A stretch of 62,723 bases of DNA, the filler included, from Folioceros fuciformis (lineage: Eukaryota), in NCBI GenBank assembly GCA_049999805.1. It is 3 parts of 2 records of this genome, joined end to end, with 100 filler letters (N's around TTAATTAATTAA, not from the genome) between each part and the next. Parts side by side here need not be neighbours in the genome. Positions count along the whole stretch, not along the records: positions 48,228 to 62,723 come from JBNGIO010006221.1; 2 more parts are not named here. One strand, 5' to 3'. Under the pieces are notes generated by a model. It was not told the origin of the DNA. It saw only the letters and a program-made list of their open reading frames with translations, and did not search any database. Of the stretch, positions 58,410 through 62,723 are shown piece after piece (position 1 is the stretch's first letter; each line of letters begins with the position of its first letter). The translations under genes were made by a program, and so were the position numbers.

Positions 58410-61400
58410 GTGTTCCGTAATGAGTTGATGTTACTTTTCTTCAAGGGGTATATGGATATTGTTGTACATAGAAAACAATTTTTATTAAACATTATGTGAC
58501 GAAGGGAAAGATATTTTGAATAAATATTATGTGTGGATAATGTGAGAAAGTTTTCCTTCGGAGAGTAATGGTATAAAGGCGATATAAGTGAAATAAGGTG
58601 AAAATTAAAAGTAGAAAAGTGATGATATAAATGAAATAAAGTGAAATTTAAAAGTAGAAAGGTGAAAGTTAAATCTAGAGTTGTCTTGATGAAGAAGCAA
58701 GTATGCTTCTTGCACCCTTTGGAAACAAAATGTGTGTTCCAAGCAAAACCTCCTAAGAAGGATGGAGTTGTAATGACTACTAGTATTCTAAGATGAGTGG
58801 TGTGTATCATTCCCAGCTTTAGCAGTGGCTTAGCTATGGAGTATAAATAGGCCAGTGTTAGGGTCTTAAGGATATACTGTGATACACTGATACACAAAGA
58901 GGCAGACAATGAGAAGTCTAGCCTTGAGGCATAGCTGTGGAGGGCTTGAAGAGCAAGCTTGTCAGATAGAGTCTAGGGCAGTAGCTAGTGGGGCGTAGAT
59001 CGCCAAACTCTTTTGTAAGTATCTGGAATAAAGAGCAGCACCTAGAGGAGGTGGTCTGCGAGTCGTCAGTGGACGGCGGGCTACTTGGAGCCTAGTACTG
59101 AGTCGTGTGCGAGGAAGTGAGTGAATTGTAAGTGGAGCGCTGCGGAGTGTTTAGACGAGATTCGAGGCCGTTGCTTCCTTTTACGCTGCATAAGGAAGGG
59201 GGCGTTACTTAGTTGGTATCAGAGCATAGTCTATTCCTCCAAGATGGCCAAGCGCTACAGGATGCAGATACGAGAGGTTTCTCCTAATCCTCCGCCTCAA
59301 CAACTCGAGGAAAATCAAGGCAAGGAGATGCCGCCTACTGACTCAGCAGCACCATCCGGAGACAAATCTGAAGATTGGAAGACGCAGATGATGGTCGCTT
59401 TACGACAAATTCTCCCCGAATTATTGCCGGAAGTTCTCCAAGATTTGACAGCATCTGGGAAAAAGGTAAGGAAGGATCCACAGCCTATAGCTCTACAAAA
59501 TGAGGAAGCGGAAGACAATCAAGATCCTTTTCATATCTTCGAAGCAGTTCCGAGGGCAAATTTGAAGTTGGCCGTGCCAGATAAAGATGAGGGAGTAAGG
59601 GATCTACAAGCTATTGATTCCCGGATTTACTCTATATAAAGCTATCTTGCTTCATCTGGCCTGGAGCCTAAGCATTATTTAGGAATTGTGGGCAACTTTC
59701 TCAAAGGGTATGCTTTGGTGTGGTGGCGAAGTTATTGTGCTAATGTAGCCCAGGGAAATCGAGCACACACCATCACAGACTGGGCATCTTTTAAAGAGGC
59801 CTTGAAGAAGCAGTTCCAACCTGCGAATGCTTTACACTTGAGCCAGCAGCTGCTTGATAATATAAAGTAGACAGGTACTGTACGAGAATATGTAAGTACA
59901 TTCAGTGAAGCTGTTATGCATTGTACTTCAATGAGTGAAGTTGACAAACTACATCGCTTCATGGTTGGTTTGAAGGATTGGGCTGCTAACAGAATTGAGT
60001 TGTATAGTCCAATGACCTTGGCAGAGGCCATAACAGCAGCAGATGCTATCCCAGATACCTTTCATTCCAACACATCCAACTCCTTAAGAAGATTTCGAGG
60101 TAATACCTGTGGACGGTATATGCAAACTAGGGTTTCTTCCAACAATGTTGCAAGAGGGACTCCCAAGGATAATGAAAGGAGTACAGTTGCAAGAGGCAAC
60201 TCCAGTGCGAGCTTCCGTGGGAGAAATCGAGGAGTGCGCAGGGGGCGCGGACCTCAGAGAACAGTGACAATGGGTTCTCGGAAAGGAGTTTGTTTTGCTT
60301 GTGAAGAGCCGGGACATTACGCGAATGAATGCCCCAATACTCAACAAACTTTGAATGTTGTTCAAGACAACCCACAGCCCCAAAGACTCAGGATTACAGA
60401 AGTATCCAAATATGAAAATCCCAAATGATGGGATTGGCCACATGTTGCACAGGCTACATGTGGTGAGTCTAAAGATATTGAGGACAACATTATTCACAGG
60501 GCAGGTGGAGAGCTCATGTATATAGAAGGATGTGTGAATCGTGAAGAAGCGAAGATGTTGCTTGATCTAGCAGCAACACATAATTTCATTTCTCCTTGCA
60601 GAGCAAGTAAAGCTTGGTTTGACATGGGCTAGTACTTCAGAGCCATGTACAGTGAAACAAGCAAAAAGAAAGCTGCAATTCTTAGGACAGCTAGAAAAAG
60701 TTCCTTTGCAGATAGGCAATTGGACAGGACAAGCAAGCTTCACAGTTGTAGATATGGATGATCATGAAATCATCTTGGCCTTAGAATAAATGAAGGCCAA
60801 TAAGGTATGTGTAGACGTGGACTCACGCACCATATAGATCGTAGGAGATGAATTTCTAGTCATGCCATTTGGACTCACTAATGCACCAGCCACATTTCAG
60901 ACTCTCATGAATAGTATATTCAGAGATCTGTTGGATGAGTGTGTTGTGATCTATTTGGATGACATTTTGATATTCAGTTCTACCTTAGAGGAGCATGTCC
61001 AACACTTGAGGAAAGTGTTGGAAAGGTTAAGGGCAAATTCTTTGTTCTTAGCTATAACAAAGTGTGACTTTGTTAAGGAACAAGTAGACTTCCTTGGATT
61101 CATTGTCTCTGCTGATGGAATCAGGATGGATCCTGATAAGATAAAAGCCATACAGAGTTGGCTGCCGCCAAACAATGTGCATGAAGTGCGTATGTTTTTA
61201 GGATTGGCTGGCGTGTACAGAAGATTTGTACCAATGTTTGCCAAAATTGCTGCCCCATTAACTGATCTCTTGAAGAAGGTGAAGACTTGGAAGTGGGATG
61301 AGGAATGTCAAAGGGCATTCGAGTTTCTCAAGTTGAAACTCAGCACTACCCCAGTATTAACAATCTATGATCCAAAGAAAGATATAGAAGTGTATACTGA

Positions 61401-62439
61401 TGCGTCAGATACAGCTATTGGAGGAGTGCTTATGCAAGAAGGTAGGCCAGTGGCTTACGAATCAAGAAAGTTGCATGAACATGAGAAGAAATACCCCACA
61501 TATGAGAAGGAGATGACAGCCGTCATCAATTGTCTCAACATTTGGAGACACTATCTTCTTGGAAGATCTTTTGTGCTGTACACAGATAATGTAAGTACAA
61601 GTTTCTTTTCTAATCAGCTGCGACTAAATGCTAGACAAGCTAGATGGCAAGATTTCCTAGCGATGTATGATGTGGAGATTAAGTACAAGCCACGGAAGGA
61701 AAATCTCGTGGCAGATGCTCTCAATCGTAAGCACGAGTTGAGTTTAATATCTGTTTTTAAGCTGAAGAATCCTAAGCTAGCTACAACGTAGATGGTGATT
61801 GAGCCAAGGGACACTCACACGCAGATTAAGGAGGCTTATTTGCGCGATCCATTAGTGCAAGATTGGATCAACGAGATGGAGCAACCGGGGTCTAAGTTTA
61901 AGCTTAGAAATGGCTTGTTAATGTTCAAGCAAAACAGGATTGTGATTCTTGATTCTCAAGAGTTGAGAAAAAAGTTGCTTGCAGAATGTCACGATGTGCT
62001 AAGTGCTGGTCATCGGGGAATTGACATAACTTATGAGAAGTTGAAGAAGCTGTTTTACTGGCTTGGAATGTATAAACATATTGTAGAGTATGTGAAGTCT
62101 TGTGTAGACTGTCAGCAGGATAAAGTAGAGCAGACAAATCCACGAGGTTTGTTGCAACCCCTACCTATTCCAAGTGGGCCTTGGAAGAGTATATCAATGG
62201 ATTTTGTTATGCCATTGCCACCCAGTAATGGATACACAGCTATCATGACAGTTGTTGATAGGTTTAGCAAGCAAGTACACTTTATCCCCACGAAGAAGCA
62301 TGTAAAGGCTTTAGAAGTTGCTCAATTGTTTAAGAAGCATATCTATGTGTTACATGGATTGACTATGCAAATTGTGAGTAATAGAGATCCCAGATTCACA
62401 GCGGAAATTTGGCAACAGCTTATGAAGAGCTTGGGAGTG
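58410..62439 (+). mobile_element. Ty3/Gypsy LTR retrotransposon: 5' LTR (start approximate) to ~59208, PBS, gag, protease, RT/RNase H, partial integrase; decayed
   Basis: LTR with TATAAATA (~58843) ending GGGGCGTTAC; PBS at 59214-59225; gag from 59244 with [47 protein letters not shown], integrase H..GH..C..CQ and ISMDFV; in-frame stops. Confidence 0.96.
59214..59225 (+). promoter_or_regulatory. Primer binding site (tRNA-iMet) of the Gypsy element
   Basis: TGGTATCAGAGC immediately after the LTR end. Confidence 0.9.
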
Positions 62440-62723
62440 TGTGAACCTCCAAAGTTTGGGGTAGTAGTTTGTTTTGGTTGAAAAAGGGTTAATAGTGGTA
62501 TGGTTTGGTTTTCTTTTTCAACTTATTTTCCCTAATTTTCCTTGATTTTCTGGTCATTTTTCCTATTTTTCTTTGTGCTAATTAAGTTAATTGACCAGGA
62601 AATAGTTGGTTTGGTTATAAGAGTGGGTATAGGTTTGGTCCCAGACCTGGGAAGGTTTAGGTTCGGTACCAGGCCATAGGGTTGGGTGATTAGTTTAATA
62701 TTAATTAAAGATATATAATATTA
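62440..62723. mobile_element. Probable start of a nested insertion (LTR-like) interrupting the Gypsy integrase
   Basis: Integrase homology ends abruptly at ..LMKSLGV and is replaced by T-rich non-coding sequence beginning TGTGAACC. Confidence 0.5.

Overview
Eukaryotic nuclear DNA from a gene-dense, short-intron (mostly ~70-130 nt) land plant. The compact layout and a long PLS-PPR with a 'SWW' PG-box point to a seed-free plant; a hornwort is my best guess, fern or lycophyte not excluded (inference). The window joins at least three contigs with artificial N-TTAATTAATTAA-N spacers. Recognisable genes in order: partial phytolongin, tRNA-Thr, RGLG E3 ligase, an unknown coiled-coil gene, a DUO1-type MYB, an apparently 3'-truncated AATF/Bfr2, NIPA Mg transporter, degenerate tRNA-Leu, wound-induced basic protein, TIM9, a twin-CX9C NDUFAF8-like protein, SWEET, MZT1/GIP, KAE1, tRNA-Arg, PIG-H, NAA20, an NPF transporter, a PLS-PPR, GINT1 and TIN1. 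The right end holds two fused Copia elements and a decayed Ty3/Gypsy element. Main leads: (1) two same-strand pairs with a short intronless upstream gene and almost no spacer (MZT1->KAE1, PIG-H->NAA20), candidate bicistronic loci; (2) a NAGNAG acceptor in the DUO1 R2-R3 linker; (3) tandem arrays just 3' of all three tRNA genes; (4) twin perfect hairpins where AATF homology ends. Exon boundaries were read by eye and no database searches were run.
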